From positions 1-50,267 of the forward strand of contig JBBIIG010000031.1 in the NCBI GenBank assembly GCA_037446635.1: 50,267 nt of DNA. Direction: 5' to 3'. The position numbers were made by a program, and so were the translations under genes. Below, piece after piece: positions 19,298 through 28,741 of this stretch (its first letter is position 1; each line of letters opens with the position of its first letter). The notes beneath the pieces are model-generated. The model saw nothing but the letters and a program-made list of their open reading frames with translations, was not told where the DNA came from and did not search any database. The DNA is from a bacterium. Lineage in GTDB: Bacteria; Zhuqueibacterota; Zhuqueibacteria; Oceanimicrobiales; Oceanimicrobiaceae.

Positions 19298-19780
19298 TTA
19301 AAGCGTATGATATTGGCTATTAAAAAAAAGTAGCGGGTGGGCGCCGCCTGTGTTGATTTTAGCTTGTTCGACTTGCCCAAGAAAAATCACGTGATCGCCG
19401 GCCGCAATTTCATCGGCGATGCGGCATTCGAGGTAACCCAAAGTGTTGTTGAGAATCGGATGGCCCTTTTGGTTTAGGCGGTATTGGACGCCCGAAAATC
19501 GTTGTTCGCCCTCCAGTTTAGAATTTGCGAAGCGTCCAGCCAACTCGCGCTGGCCAGCGCTGAGGATGTTCACCACAAACTGGCCGGCTTGCGAGAGGGC
19601 AGCCTGGCTGGCGCCGTTTTTTTGGATGCAAATGAGAATCAACGGCGGCTCGAGGGAAACGGCGCTGAAGGCGTTCACAGTCAGCCCATGTAAGCCATCC
19701 TGGGTTTTTAAGGTGATGATGGTGACGCCGGTGGCAAACTGGCTCAAAACTTTGCGAAATTGTTCCGCTGAAACCGTCAT
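19298..19780 (-). CDS. Flavin reductase family protein
   Basis: FRKVLSQFATGVTII, GLTVNAFSAVSLEPPL, AGDHVIFLG; start at MTVSA because the upstream ATG lies within the predicted promoter. Confidence 0.93.
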   Translation of the reverse strand: MTVSAEQFRKVLSQFATGVTIITLKTQDGLHGLTVNAFSAVSLEPPLILICIQKNGASQAALSQAGQFVVNILSAGQRELAGRFANSKLEGEQRFSGVQYRLNQKGHPILNNTLGYLECRIADEIAAGDHVIFLGQVEQAKINTGGAHPLLFFNSQYHTL

Positions 19781-19809
19781 ATTTAGCAGGGATGATTCAT
19801 GAACGAGCA

Positions 19810-19838
19810 AAAATATCATTCTCGCCCTTGAAAGTCAA
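19810..19838 (-). promoter_or_regulatory. sigma70-type promoter of the flavin reductase
   Basis: TTGACT-N17-TATTTT. Confidence 0.5.
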
Positions 19839-19951
19839 TCAGAAAATAACTCGCCGCCTGTTGAACTTTTTTCAAATAATTGTGGTAACAATGACTCTGA
19901 AATCATAAATTGGGTTTGATTAGTGTCGATATATTATAAACAAAGGAATTT

Positions 19952-21148
19952 ATGATCGATCCGAAGACTTTCTATCGTGATTTTGATGTCCTGCTCAAAA
20001 AAATCCGTCACGAAAAAAAGCATAAGAACTTCATCTTTTCTATCCTGAAAGAGGTTCAGCATAAATTTGGCGCTGCTTTGAAAATCGGCGAATTGCAGAT
20101 TTATGAGGAGCGCGGCGATGAATTCGTTTTGGTGCACAGTCTGATGGAGAGAAACGGCCGGCCGACGGTTAAAAAGCTGCCGCTCCAATCCGAAGCGGTC
20201 CAGCAGTTGTTGCATAACGGCAGTTATATTTACGATAACGCGGAGTTCAGCATCGACCCCGATATGAGAAACCACAACTACTACGCCATCCCGGCGGCTA
20301 TGGTCATCAAAGGTCCGGAGCGGCGCTGGATTGTGGTGTTCGAGCTGAAAGACGGCTGGGTGCGCGAGGAGGTGTTGTTTTCCCTGAATGCGTTTCGCAC
20401 GGCGCTGAACTTCCGCCTGTTTTCCGAGGCCATCGAAAATGAGCTGCAGCAGGCGGCGCAAATTCAAAAGAGTCTGTTGCCGGCGCAGCCGCCGGCTATC
20501 CCCGGCTATCAAATCGCGGCGCGTTCCCAAGCCACCGAAATCGTCGGCGGCGACCTCTATGATTTTTTTGATTTCGGGGAGGATAATTTCGGCGTCTGCA
20601 TCGGCGACGCCAGCGGCCACGGTTTGCCGGCGGCGCTGCTGGTGCGCGACGTGGTGATTGGGCTGCGAATGGGCATCGAAAAAAACATGAAGATGGTTTA
20701 CACGCTTCAGAAGCTCAATAGCGTCATCTATCGCAGCACCTATTCTTCCCGCTTCATCTCCCTGTTTTATTGCGAAGTGGAAAGCGACGGCCACTTGATT
20801 TACGTCAATGCCGGGCACCCCGCGCCGCTGATGGTGTACGAAGATCAAGTCACCGAACTGAAAGCCACCGGCCTGATCTTGGGGGCTTTGCCGGAAATTA
20901 CCCTGCATCGTTCGTACGCCCAGCTCAAACCCAATTCAGTGCTGGTGATGTTCAGCGACGGCCTCTTCGAGCGCGAGAACCCACAGGAAGAAGCGTACAG
21001 CATCAAGCGTTTGAAAAAATTAGTGATGAAATATCAAAAGCTCAGCGCTCAGGAAATTCTCGATCACATTTTCGAAGACGTTTATGAGTTTGGCAACCGC
21101 AATAAATGGGAAGACGACAGCACGGCGATCGTCGTTAAGCGTTTGTGA
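19952..21148 (+). CDS. RsbU/SpoIIE-type PP2C serine phosphatase with N-terminal GAF-like region
   Basis: AAQIQKSLLP, VGGDLYDF, IGDASGHGLPAA, NAGHP, FSDGL, EDDSTA. Confidence 0.93.
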   Translation: MIDPKTFYRDFDVLLKKIRHEKKHKNFIFSILKEVQHKFGAALKIGELQIYEERGDEFVLVHSLMERNGRPTVKKLPLQSEAVQQLLHNGSYIYDNAEFSIDPDMRNHNYYAIPAAMVIKGPERRWIVVFELKDGWVREEVLFSLNAFRTALNFRLFSEAIENELQQAAQIQKSLLPAQPPAIPGYQIAARSQATEIVGGDLYDFFDFGEDNFGVCIGDASGHGLPAALLVRDVVIGLRMGIEKNMKMVYTLQKLNSVIYRSTYSSRFISLFYCEVESDGHLIYVNAGHPAPLMVYEDQVTELKATGLILGALPEITLHRSYAQLKPNSVLVMFSDGLFERENPQEEAYSIKRLKKLVMKYQKLSAQEILDHIFEDVYEFGNRNKWEDDSTAIVVKRL

Positions 21149-21171
21149 ACGCTGGTCAAAATAAATTGTGT

Positions 21172-21200
21172 TTGCATTTTGCTTTTTGGGGTCATATATT
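21172..21200 (+). promoter_or_regulatory. sigma70-type promoter
   Basis: TTGCAT-N17-TATATT upstream of the ATG at 21228. Confidence 0.45.
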
Positions 21201-21227
21201 TGCCGCTATTACGAAACGCGCTTTTCA

Positions 21228-21566
21228 ATGAAAATTATCGCGATTAGTCAGCTCACTATTCAATGCTACCTGTTTTTTTGCGCCGGGTGGTTGTCGCTTC
21301 CCGTGCGAGAACTGGCGTCTTCCGAGCCGCGTTTTCAGCTTCTTCACGACTGGGCCAGCGCTTACGTTTCCTCGTCCCGCAATGACACGCAGATGCCGGA
21401 ACGGCTCGAGCGCCCGCTGCCATTTGCCGAAAAAAGCTGCCGCTGGCTCTCCGGCCTTTTCATCAGCCGGCAAATTGCCGACTACAACCGCGACAACGAT
21501 CTCGATTTCAACCTGCCATTGATCTGCTACAAATTTCCCCGCGCCGAACACTCCGAAGAAGGCTGA
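21228..21566 (+). CDS. Hypothetical protein with hydrophobic N-terminus
   Basis: ORF fills the gap behind a predicted promoter; no recognised motif; ends FPRAEHSEEG. Confidence 0.45.
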   Translation: MKIIAISQLTIQCYLFFCAGWLSLPVRELASSEPRFQLLHDWASAYVSSSRNDTQMPERLERPLPFAEKSCRWLSGLFISRQIADYNRDNDLDFNLPLICYKFPRAEHSEEG

Positions 21567-21767
21567 CGGCCTCCACCCACTTTTTATTTTAAATTCCTAA
21601 CGCGGACTCAGTCTGCGCGCTTGGCGGCTCCACTTCTCCGACGCACGCGGACGAGCCGCTTCCAAAAAAGAACGCACGCAAAGGCGCGAATTTTTGCTTT
21701 GCCTGTCTGTGCAAGCAAGCGATCATTCGCGTCTCGACGGCTTGGTATTAACCTTTGGAGTTCAATT

Positions 21768-21926
21768 ATGAATACTATTTTTATGTGGGTGGTTGCGATT
21801 GGACTAGGCGGCTTTTTTATCGGGCTGATGTTTTACAGCTTCTACCTGGTGTTGTTTTCAAACAACGAGCAAACGCCGGCGAGCAAGCTCGGTCAAAAGG
21901 CCAAGCCGCGACAAAAGAATCAATGA
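21768..21926 (+). CDS. Small single-TM membrane protein (52 aa)
   Basis: SD GGAG 7 nt before ATG; MNTIFMWVVAIGLGGFFIGLMFYSFYLVLF followed by a basic tail. Confidence 0.55.
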   Translation: MNTIFMWVVAIGLGGFFIGLMFYSFYLVLFSNNEQTPASKLGQKAKPRQKNQ

Positions 21927-21939
21927 TGAGGTAAGGTCG

Positions 21940-21977
21940 CATCCGTAGGGGTAATTCATGAATTACCCCTACGGATG
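21940..21977. repeat. GTAG-type REP, perfect 38-bp palindrome
   Basis: CATCCGTAGGGGTAATTCA|TGAATTACCCCTACGGATG; second copy at 39374. Confidence 0.88.
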
Positions 21978-22075
21978 AGTTATTTTCAGGCGCATGTGGT
22001 TATTCTTTGCTTTTTGGTTTGGAAATTTTAATTTGCTAAACGCGAATGCTGCAAAGATTTTTTGGAAAAACGCTA

Positions 22076-22282
22076 ATGAAAATCATCCTTCGAAAAACTC
22101 TGGCCTTTTTCTTCCTGGTTGTAGGGGTGCTGGGTATTTTCCTGCCGATTTTACCCGGGATGGTTTTCATTATTCTCGGCCTCAGCCTGTTAGGCGCCGA
22201 TAGCCGTTTGCGACTCAAAATCAAAAGTCTCTTGCAAAAATTCAAAAAAACCCGTAATCTCGACGAGTCAAGTTTGCAATAG
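22076..22282 (+). CDS. Small membrane protein (PGPGW/DUF454-like hairpin)
   Basis: FFLVVGVLGIFLPILPGMVFIILGLSLL. Confidence 0.7.
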   Translation: MKIILRKTLAFFFLVVGVLGIFLPILPGMVFIILGLSLLGADSRLRLKIKSLLQKFKKTRNLDESSLQ

Positions 22283-22316
22283 CTGTGTTCTTCCTTAGCC
22301 TCATTCACCGCTCACA

Positions 22317-22406
22317 AACCGCAAAGAGCGCAAAGCCGGCGCAAAGACCGCTGAAAAAAAATTTTCCTAGCGCTCTTTTTGCGGTTTCTTAGCGACCTTT
22401 GCGGTT
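22317..22406. repeat. Inverted-arm repeat (AACCGCAAAG family), empty copy
   Basis: AACCGCAAAGAGCGCAAAGCCGGCGCAAAGACCGCT...CTTAGCGACCTTTGCGGTT. Confidence 0.8.
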
Positions 22407-22409
22407 GAT

Positions 22410-23723
22410 ATGGCTAAAATTAAGGGCTCGCCTATGAAACTTTATACCAAAATCATCATCGGGATGAGTGCCGGCGTCATTTTTGGTCTGCTCGCGAAAC
22501 AGTTCGGATTCGGCCCGCGGGCGGCGGCCTGGGTAGAACCGCTGGGGAAAATTTTTATCCGGCTGATCACTATGGTGGTGGTACCGCTGGTGGTGGCGTC
22601 GATTACTCTGGGCACCGCCAGCCTCGGCAGCCTCAAAAAGTTGGGACGCATCGGCGCGAAGACTCTCGCTTATTACATGGTCACTACCGCCTTGGCCATC
22701 ACCATCGGGCTGACGCTGGCGAATTTGGTGAAGCCCGGCGCCGGCCTCGATGAAAATGTCAAAGCGCAACTGCTGCAGGATTACCAGAGCACGGCGCAGG
22801 AACAAATAACCAAAAGCGCCAGCCGCAAACCCATCGACTTGCTGCTGAACATCGTGCCCACCAATCCCATCAAAGCCATGGCCGAGGGAGAGATGTTGGG
22901 GTTGATCTTCTTCAGCCTGGCGCTGGGCATCGCGCTGACCTACCTGCCGGTAGCGCGATCGCAGCCGGTGCTGAATTTTCTCGACGGCGTCAATGAGGCC
23001 ATCATTCAATTGGTGCACTTGATCATGAAATTCGCCCCCTACGGCGTCTTCGGCTTGATGGCCGCCGTGGTGGGGAAATTCGGATTTGATATTTTACTGA
23101 CCTTGCTCAAATATTCGCTGGTGGTGTTAGCCGGGCTGGCGCTGCAAATGCTGCTAATTTATACCCTCTCGGTGCGATTCATCGGCGGCATCCACCCCAT
23201 TCGTTTTTTTAAAGGGATGCGGCCGGCGCATCTCATCGCCTTCAGCACCAGCTCCAGCAACGCCACTCTGCCGGTGAACATCCAGTGCTGCGAGGAAAAT
23301 TTAGGCCTGCCCAAAGAAATTTGCAGCTTTGTATTGCCGCTGGGCGCCACCATCAACATGGACGGCACGGCGCTGCTGCAAGGGGTGGTGGCGGTTTTCA
23401 TCGCGCAGGTTTACGGCATCTCCCTCACCATCAACGATCAGATGGTCATCATGCTCACTGCCACGCTGGCGTCGGTGGGGGCGGCTGGCGTGCCCAGCGC
23501 CGGCATCGTGATGTTGACGATGATCCTGCAGCCCATCGGCTTGCCGCTGGAGGGCATCGGCCTCATCCTCGGCGTCGATCGCCTGCTCGATATGTGCCGC
23601 ACGGTGGTGAACATCACCGGCGACGCCACCTGCGCGGCGTTCATCGCCCGCAGCGAGCGCGTTTCCGGTTTGACCGCTTCCCAAAAAGAAATTCCGAAAC
23701 CAGAACTGGTTGCCGAAGGTTAG
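22410..23723 (+). CDS. Dicarboxylate/amino acid:cation symporter (GltP/GltT family; start may be 22434)
   Basis: FIRLITMVVVPL, AFSTSSSNATLP, LPLGATINMDGT, GVDRLLDMCRTVVNITGD. Confidence 0.95.
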   Translation: MAKIKGSPMKLYTKIIIGMSAGVIFGLLAKQFGFGPRAAAWVEPLGKIFIRLITMVVVPLVVASITLGTASLGSLKKLGRIGAKTLAYYMVTTALAITIGLTLANLVKPGAGLDENVKAQLLQDYQSTAQEQITKSASRKPIDLLLNIVPTNPIKAMAEGEMLGLIFFSLALGIALTYLPVARSQPVLNFLDGVNEAIIQLVHLIMKFAPYGVFGLMAAVVGKFGFDILLTLLKYSLVVLAGLALQMLLIYTLSVRFIGGIHPIRFFKGMRPAHLIAFSTSSSNATLPVNIQCCEENLGLPKEICSFVLPLGATINMDGTALLQGVVAVFIAQVYGISLTINDQMVIMLTATLASVGAAGVPSAGIVMLTMILQPIGLPLEGIGLILGVDRLLDMCRTVVNITGDATCAAFIARSERVSGLTASQKEIPKPELVAEG

Positions 23724-23762
23724 AAGCACAACATATCTCGACAACCTTTTAAAGTGTAGTTA

Positions 23763-26162
23763 ATGAAGGAGAAGATATTGGTTCAATTTCTAAAAAAATA
23801 CTATTGGCTGGTGATTCTGCTGGCGGCGGTCGCGACCATTGCCGGTGTAAACTGGAGCCGGCAGTTGCGTCTGGAAAGCGATCTCGCTACCCTGCTGCCT
23901 TCGGACTACGAGAGCGTCAAAACCATCGAGCGCATTCGCGAGACGGTCGGGGGGCAGGGAAACATTCGCATCGTGCTGGAGTCGCCCAACTTTGAAAAAT
24001 TGCGCTCGTTCGCGGATACGTTGGCCGCGAAGTTTTACGCCAGTTCCGACTTCAATTTCGTGGACTACAAAAACGACGTGGCGTTTTATAAACGCAACGC
24101 GCTGCTGTTCCTCGAACAAGACGAGCTCGATTCCCTTAAAACCGCCATCGAAGATAAAATCAATTATGAAAAGCAAAAACTCAATCCGTTTTATATCGAG
24201 GATTTGTTTGGCGACGACGGCGCGAGCTCCGGCGACGTCGATCTCGAAAAGTGGGAAGAAAAATATCGCGGCAAAGAGCCAACCGAATATTACCTCAACG
24301 CCGACAGCACGGTGTTGGTGATGGATGTTTATCCCGCCGGCGCCACCACCAGCCTGAACGACGTCAAAATTATGTTTGAAAAAACCCGCGCGCTGGTTGA
24401 GCAGGCCAATCCCCAAAGTTACGATCCGCTGTTGCAGGTTTACTTTGGCGGGAACATCAAAAACCGCCTCGATGAATATGAAGTGGTGAGCAAGGATATT
24501 TTGGGAACCGGCTACTACGGCTTCACCGGGGTGTTCCTGCTCATCCTGCTCTACTTCCGCCGCATCATGGCCGCGGTGCTGATCACCATCGCCCTGGCTA
24601 TGTCCATTAGCTGGACTTTCGGAATCACTTATTTAGTCATCGGCCAGTTGAACACCATCACCGGTTTTTTGTTCATCATCCTTTTTGGGCTGGGCATCGA
24701 CTACGGTATCCATGCGCTCTCGCGCTACTCGGAAAGCCGGCGCGCCGGCGCCAGCCTCGATGAGGCGTTGGCGCTTTGGGTTGGCCCGACGCGCCGCGCC
24801 CTCGCCACCTCGGCCTTCACCACCATGGCCGCGTTTCTCTCGCTTTTGCTGATGGACTTCAAGGGTTTCTCGGAATTGGGATTTATTTCCGGCGTCGGAA
24901 TTCTCTTTGCTTTTACCACAATGGTGGTGCTGCTGCCGGCGCTGGTTGTGCTTTCCGAAAAATTAGGCGTTTTAAAGTTTAAGCCCGCCCCCGCAAAAAT
25001 CGCCGCCAAGTTGGAAGCGGGGCGGCCGTTTCCATTTTCTAAACCGATTGTGTACGCGGCCTTGATTATAACCCTGCTCTCCATTTATGCCCTCACCCAG
25101 TTGCAGTTCGAATACGACTTCAGCAATCTGCGCGTGGAACTGCCAGAACGCCAAACCGTGGGCGAAAAAACCCGCGGCATCTTCGAACTTTCGGAGTCGC
25201 CGGCCATTGCCCTGGGCGATTCCAAGAAGGACGTGGATGAAATCGTCGCCGCGGTTAAAAAGATCATCGCCGCCGATACCCTCAGCCCCACGGTTGATGT
25301 GGTGCGCTCCGTCTATTCCTTTGTGCCGGAGAATCAACAACAGAAGCTGCAAACCATCGCCGAAATCCGCCGCCTGGTGGAAGAAGAAACCGAGGGCATC
25401 CTCAAAGGCGAGGATAAAGAGCGCGTTGAAAAACTAAAAGAGTATTTGCAGGTTGACCGCCCGTTTACGTTGGAAGAAATCCCCGAAAAAATCAAGCGGC
25501 AATTCACCACCACCGACGGCGAGCTGGGCAACTTCGCCCTGATTTATCCCAGTGTGGCGCTGCGCGACGGCCGCAACGCCATCGCCTTCCGCGACGACAT
25601 CGGCAAAATTACCACCGCCTCCGGCAAAACTTTCTATCCCTCCAGCTCCAACATCATTTTCGCGGACATGCTTTCGATTATGATCCAGGAAGGAAAGCTG
25701 GCCGTGGCGCTCACGCTCAGCGTGGTGTTTCTGATCGTGCTGCTGGATTTTCGCAGCCTGCGGGAGACGGCGCTGGTTTTGAATCCGCTGCTGCTGGGCA
25801 TGTTTTGGACTATCGGCTTGATGGTGCTGCTGGGGATGAAAATTAACTTTTTTAACATGGTGGTGCTGCCGAGCATCATCGGCATCGGTGTCGATCACGG
25901 GGTGCATCTCTATCATCGCTACCAGGAAGAGGGGCGCGGCTCCCTTTTGTTTGTGTTGAAAAGCACTGGTCTCGCCATCACCATGTGCACGCTCACCACA
26001 CTGACGGGCTATTCCGGGCTCATCATGGCGCACCACCCAGGGTTGAACTCCATCGGCGATCTGGCTATCATCGGCATCAGTTCGACGTTTATCACCGCTG
26101 TGCTGGCGCTGCCGGCCATGCTGCAGAGGCTGGAGAAAAAGGCTCTTAGGAAACGGCAGTGA
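23763..26162 (+). CDS. MMPL/RND-family transporter
   Basis: Two repeats of TM plus large loop plus 5 TM; FGLGIDYGIH and IGIGVDHGVH motifs. Confidence 0.9.
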   Translation: MKEKILVQFLKKYYWLVILLAAVATIAGVNWSRQLRLESDLATLLPSDYESVKTIERIRETVGGQGNIRIVLESPNFEKLRSFADTLAAKFYASSDFNFVDYKNDVAFYKRNALLFLEQDELDSLKTAIEDKINYEKQKLNPFYIEDLFGDDGASSGDVDLEKWEEKYRGKEPTEYYLNADSTVLVMDVYPAGATTSLNDVKIMFEKTRALVEQANPQSYDPLLQVYFGGNIKNRLDEYEVVSKDILGTGYYGFTGVFLLILLYFRRIMAAVLITIALAMSISWTFGITYLVIGQLNTITGFLFIILFGLGIDYGIHALSRYSESRRAGASLDEALALWVGPTRRALATSAFTTMAAFLSLLLMDFKGFSELGFISGVGILFAFTTMVVLLPALVVLSEKLGVLKFKPAPAKIAAKLEAGRPFPFSKPIVYAALIITLLSIYALTQLQFEYDFSNLRVELPERQTVGEKTRGIFELSESPAIALGDSKKDVDEIVAAVKKIIAADTLSPTVDVVRSVYSFVPENQQQKLQTIAEIRRLVEEETEGILKGEDKERVEKLKEYLQVDRPFTLEEIPEKIKRQFTTTDGELGNFALIYPSVALRDGRNAIAFRDDIGKITTASGKTFYPSSSNIIFADMLSIMIQEGKLAVALTLSVVFLIVLLDFRSLRETALVLNPLLLGMFWTIGLMVLLGMKINFFNMVVLPSIIGIGVDHGVHLYHRYQEEGRGSLLFVLKSTGLAITMCTLTTLTGYSGLIMAHHPGLNSIGDLAIIGISSTFITAVLALPAMLQRLEKKALRKRQ

Positions 26163-26197
26163 AGAACGCGGATTTTCAGAAATTATCAGATTAGAAG

Positions 26198-26279
26198 CAC
26201 GCTCGTTCGGGGTCGTCCCCAAAAGCCTATCTGGCACTCCCGCAAGTTTTTAGCGGGTAAGCAGGCGCTCAGAGCGAGT
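26198..26279. repeat. Composite nested hairpin element
   Basis: Outer GCTCGTTC/GAGCGAGT, inner GGGG-TCGT-CCCC, and GCCTATCTG...AAGCAGGC enclosing CCCGC...GCGGG; related to 43811 and 21701. Confidence 0.55.
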
Positions 26280-26311
26280 TTGGCCTCGAAGAAAGTTAAG
26301 TTGGAGGAGTT

Positions 26312-27298
26312 ATGCAATTGAACGGTCGTCTTTTTAAACTCAAAACCAAAATCAGCCAGTTGGTGCTGCCGGATTCGCCGTCGGCGTCCTCGGCGCCGTT
26401 TGTCGAATATTTCAAATGGCTGCGTTTCACCTATTTCACACCGGACTATCCCCTTTCCATCGATATCCAAACCAAAAGCGGCTGCAACGCGCACTGCACG
26501 TTCTGTCCGGTCGGTAAAGAAGAAAACAAAATCTACGGAAAAATGAGCGACGATTTATATCAAAAAATAATCGATGAGGCGCTGAGTTTTCCGGGGCTGC
26601 GGCAAATTAATCCGTATCTTCTGAATGATCCGCTGGTTGATAAATACATGCCCGAAAAAATTGAATACATCACCCGCAAACGCGGCGCCGCTAAAAAGCC
26701 TTTGGTGCGCATCACCACCAACGCCGGGATGATGTATGAGGAGATGGCCTACAAGCTTTTGCATTCGGGATTGGATGAAATCAACATTAGCTTTCACTCC
26801 ATCATCCCTGAGGTTTATGAAGCGATGATGCCGCCGCTGAAGTACGATCGCGTGATGGGGCAGATTCTCAAGCTCATCGAATTGAGAGATAATTTGAAAA
26901 TTGCGAGGGCCCCAAAAATTACAGTTTGGACCGTGCGCACGAAACCGGTGGAAGCCAACCTGGCGAACGAACGCGCTTATTGGAAAAAACTGAAGGTTGG
27001 ATTCAAAGCCAGAAAGTTAGACAATCGCGCCAACAGCGGCGTTGAAAGCGCCAACCTTAGCGACGTGCCGTTCGTGCCGGTGTCCATGTGCCCCATCCCA
27101 TTCTGGCGGGCGTGGATTATGTGGAACGGCGACATGATCATGTGCTGCGTCGATCAAGAGCGCTCCAATCTTTTGGGCAACTGCTCCACTCGTTCCATTC
27201 GTGAAGTCTGGCAGAACCCCGCCTATCAAATGCTGCGCGACCGCTGGCGCAAGAAACAGCTCGCGGGGTTGCTGTGCGAGAATTGTAAAGGAACCTAA
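26312..27298 (+). CDS. Radical SAM protein with C-terminal SPASM/Twitch-type domain
   Basis: CNAHCTFC (CxxxCxxC); CPIPF...WNGDMIMCCVD...LGN...IREVW...CENC; SD GGAGGA. Confidence 0.92.
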   Translation: MQLNGRLFKLKTKISQLVLPDSPSASSAPFVEYFKWLRFTYFTPDYPLSIDIQTKSGCNAHCTFCPVGKEENKIYGKMSDDLYQKIIDEALSFPGLRQINPYLLNDPLVDKYMPEKIEYITRKRGAAKKPLVRITTNAGMMYEEMAYKLLHSGLDEINISFHSIIPEVYEAMMPPLKYDRVMGQILKLIELRDNLKIARAPKITVWTVRTKPVEANLANERAYWKKLKVGFKARKLDNRANSGVESANLSDVPFVPVSMCPIPFWRAWIMWNGDMIMCCVDQERSNLLGNCSTRSIREVWQNPAYQMLRDRWRKKQLAGLLCENCKGT

Positions 27299-27313
27299 AG
27301 CCGGGGGAAGCGA

Positions 27314-28591
27314 TTATCTTTCATTCAACGGAATGAAAAAAATGGCGGCCATTCCGGGAAGCGTGAGCAAGCACACTCCAATAAAGAACTGCTGGTAACC
27401 CAGCGCCGATTGCAGGTAGCCGCTGGCCAGCCCCGGCAGCATCATCCCCAGCGCCATGAAACCGGTGGAAATGGCGTAATGTGAAGTCTTGAACGGCCCC
27501 TTGGCGGTGTACATCAAAAAAACCAGGAAGGCCGAGAACCCCACGCCGTAGCCAAATTGCTCCAGCGCCACCAGTCCGTAAATTTGCGGCAGCGTCGGTT
27601 CGATGAAGGAGAGATAGACGTAAGCCAGATCCGGTGCATTGAGGGCGATGGCCAAAGGCCAGATGCACTTTCTCAACCCGAATTTCGAGATCAGCCAACC
27701 GCCGGCGACGCCGCCGATCACCAGACTCACCACGCCCACGGTGCCATATACAAAGCCAACGGTCTGAGTTGACAGCGCCAGGCCGCCGGCCGCTTTGCTG
27801 TCCAACAAAAACGGCGCTGCCATTTTTACCAGCATGGCTTCGCCCAATCGATACAAAACAATGAAAGCCAGGATCGGCGCGATGCGGGGCTGCTGAAAAT
27901 AGCTTTTGAACGCCGCCAGAAACGATGCGCCGAAATCAGGCGACGCAGATTTTAGTCGGTTCGCGCCTGTATCTGCCGGCGGGCGCGGCAGATAAAACGA
28001 ATGAAAGAGAAACAACAAAGCGAAGATGGCAGCCGCGATGATCATCGCCAGCATCCAGCTCGTGGGGATGCTGGCCAGCCGGTTTTCCAAAACGCCGGCC
28101 AAGACCACCAGCCCGCCGGAACCGGCAATCATCGCCGCGCGATAGAAAGTGGAGCGAATGCCCACGTAAAACGCCTGCTGATTGTCATCCAAAGCCAGCA
28201 TGTAAAAGCCATCCACGGCGATGTCGTGCGTGGCCGAGGTGAACGCCGCCAGAATGAACAGCCCTAACGTGAGCTCAAAAAAATTCGGCAGATGTAAAAC
28301 CCCTCCCACCAGCGCAAATTGGGCGGCCAGCAAAACCTGGGTAGCCACAATCCAGCGGCGCTTCGTCCAAAAAATATCCACCGTCGGCCCCCACAGCGGT
28401 TTGAGCACCCACGGTAAATAGAGCAGGCTGGTGAGGCCGATGAGGGTGTTGGGCACGTCCATTTTTTTGTACATCACCACTGAGACGGCGTTGACAATCA
28501 CGTAGGGCAGGCCCTGAGCGAAATATAGGGTGGGAACGTAAAGCCACGGGAAACGTCGGGGAGCGGGTGAATGGGGTTGGTTTGGGTGCAT
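27314..28591 (-). CDS. AmpG-like MFS transporter
   Basis: YFAQGLPY, LPWVLKPLWGP.VD, SATHDIAVDGFY, YRLGEAMLVK. Confidence 0.88.
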   Translation of the reverse strand: MHPNQPHSPAPRRFPWLYVPTLYFAQGLPYVIVNAVSVVMYKKMDVPNTLIGLTSLLYLPWVLKPLWGPTVDIFWTKRRWIVATQVLLAAQFALVGGVLHLPNFFELTLGLFILAAFTSATHDIAVDGFYMLALDDNQQAFYVGIRSTFYRAAMIAGSGGLVVLAGVLENRLASIPTSWMLAMIIAAAIFALLFLFHSFYLPRPPADTGANRLKSASPDFGASFLAAFKSYFQQPRIAPILAFIVLYRLGEAMLVKMAAPFLLDSKAAGGLALSTQTVGFVYGTVGVVSLVIGGVAGGWLISKFGLRKCIWPLAIALNAPDLAYVYLSFIEPTLPQIYGLVALEQFGYGVGFSAFLVFLMYTAKGPFKTSHYAISTGFMALGMMLPGLASGYLQSALGYQQFFIGVCLLTLPGMAAIFFIPLNER

Positions 28592-28618
28592 TCGTTAGAA
28601 ATATTTAAAATTGCATTG

Positions 28619-28647
28619 ATAATAACCGCGACGCAAGAGAATGTCAA
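28619..28647 (-). promoter_or_regulatory. sigma70-type promoter of the AmpG-like gene
   Basis: TTGACA-N17-TATTAT. Confidence 0.65.
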
Positions 28648-28741
28648 GTTATTTTTGAACGCGGGTTCATCGTAAAAAAGCACAGCTTGCATCTTTGAAT
28701 TAGATTTATAAATTTAACGCCTTCGAAAAGGAATTAAATCA

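Noticed and set aside
16344..20908. Long antisense ORFs such as 16344-17249 and 19934-20908
   Set aside because: They mirror well-supported sense genes, a common codon-bias artefact
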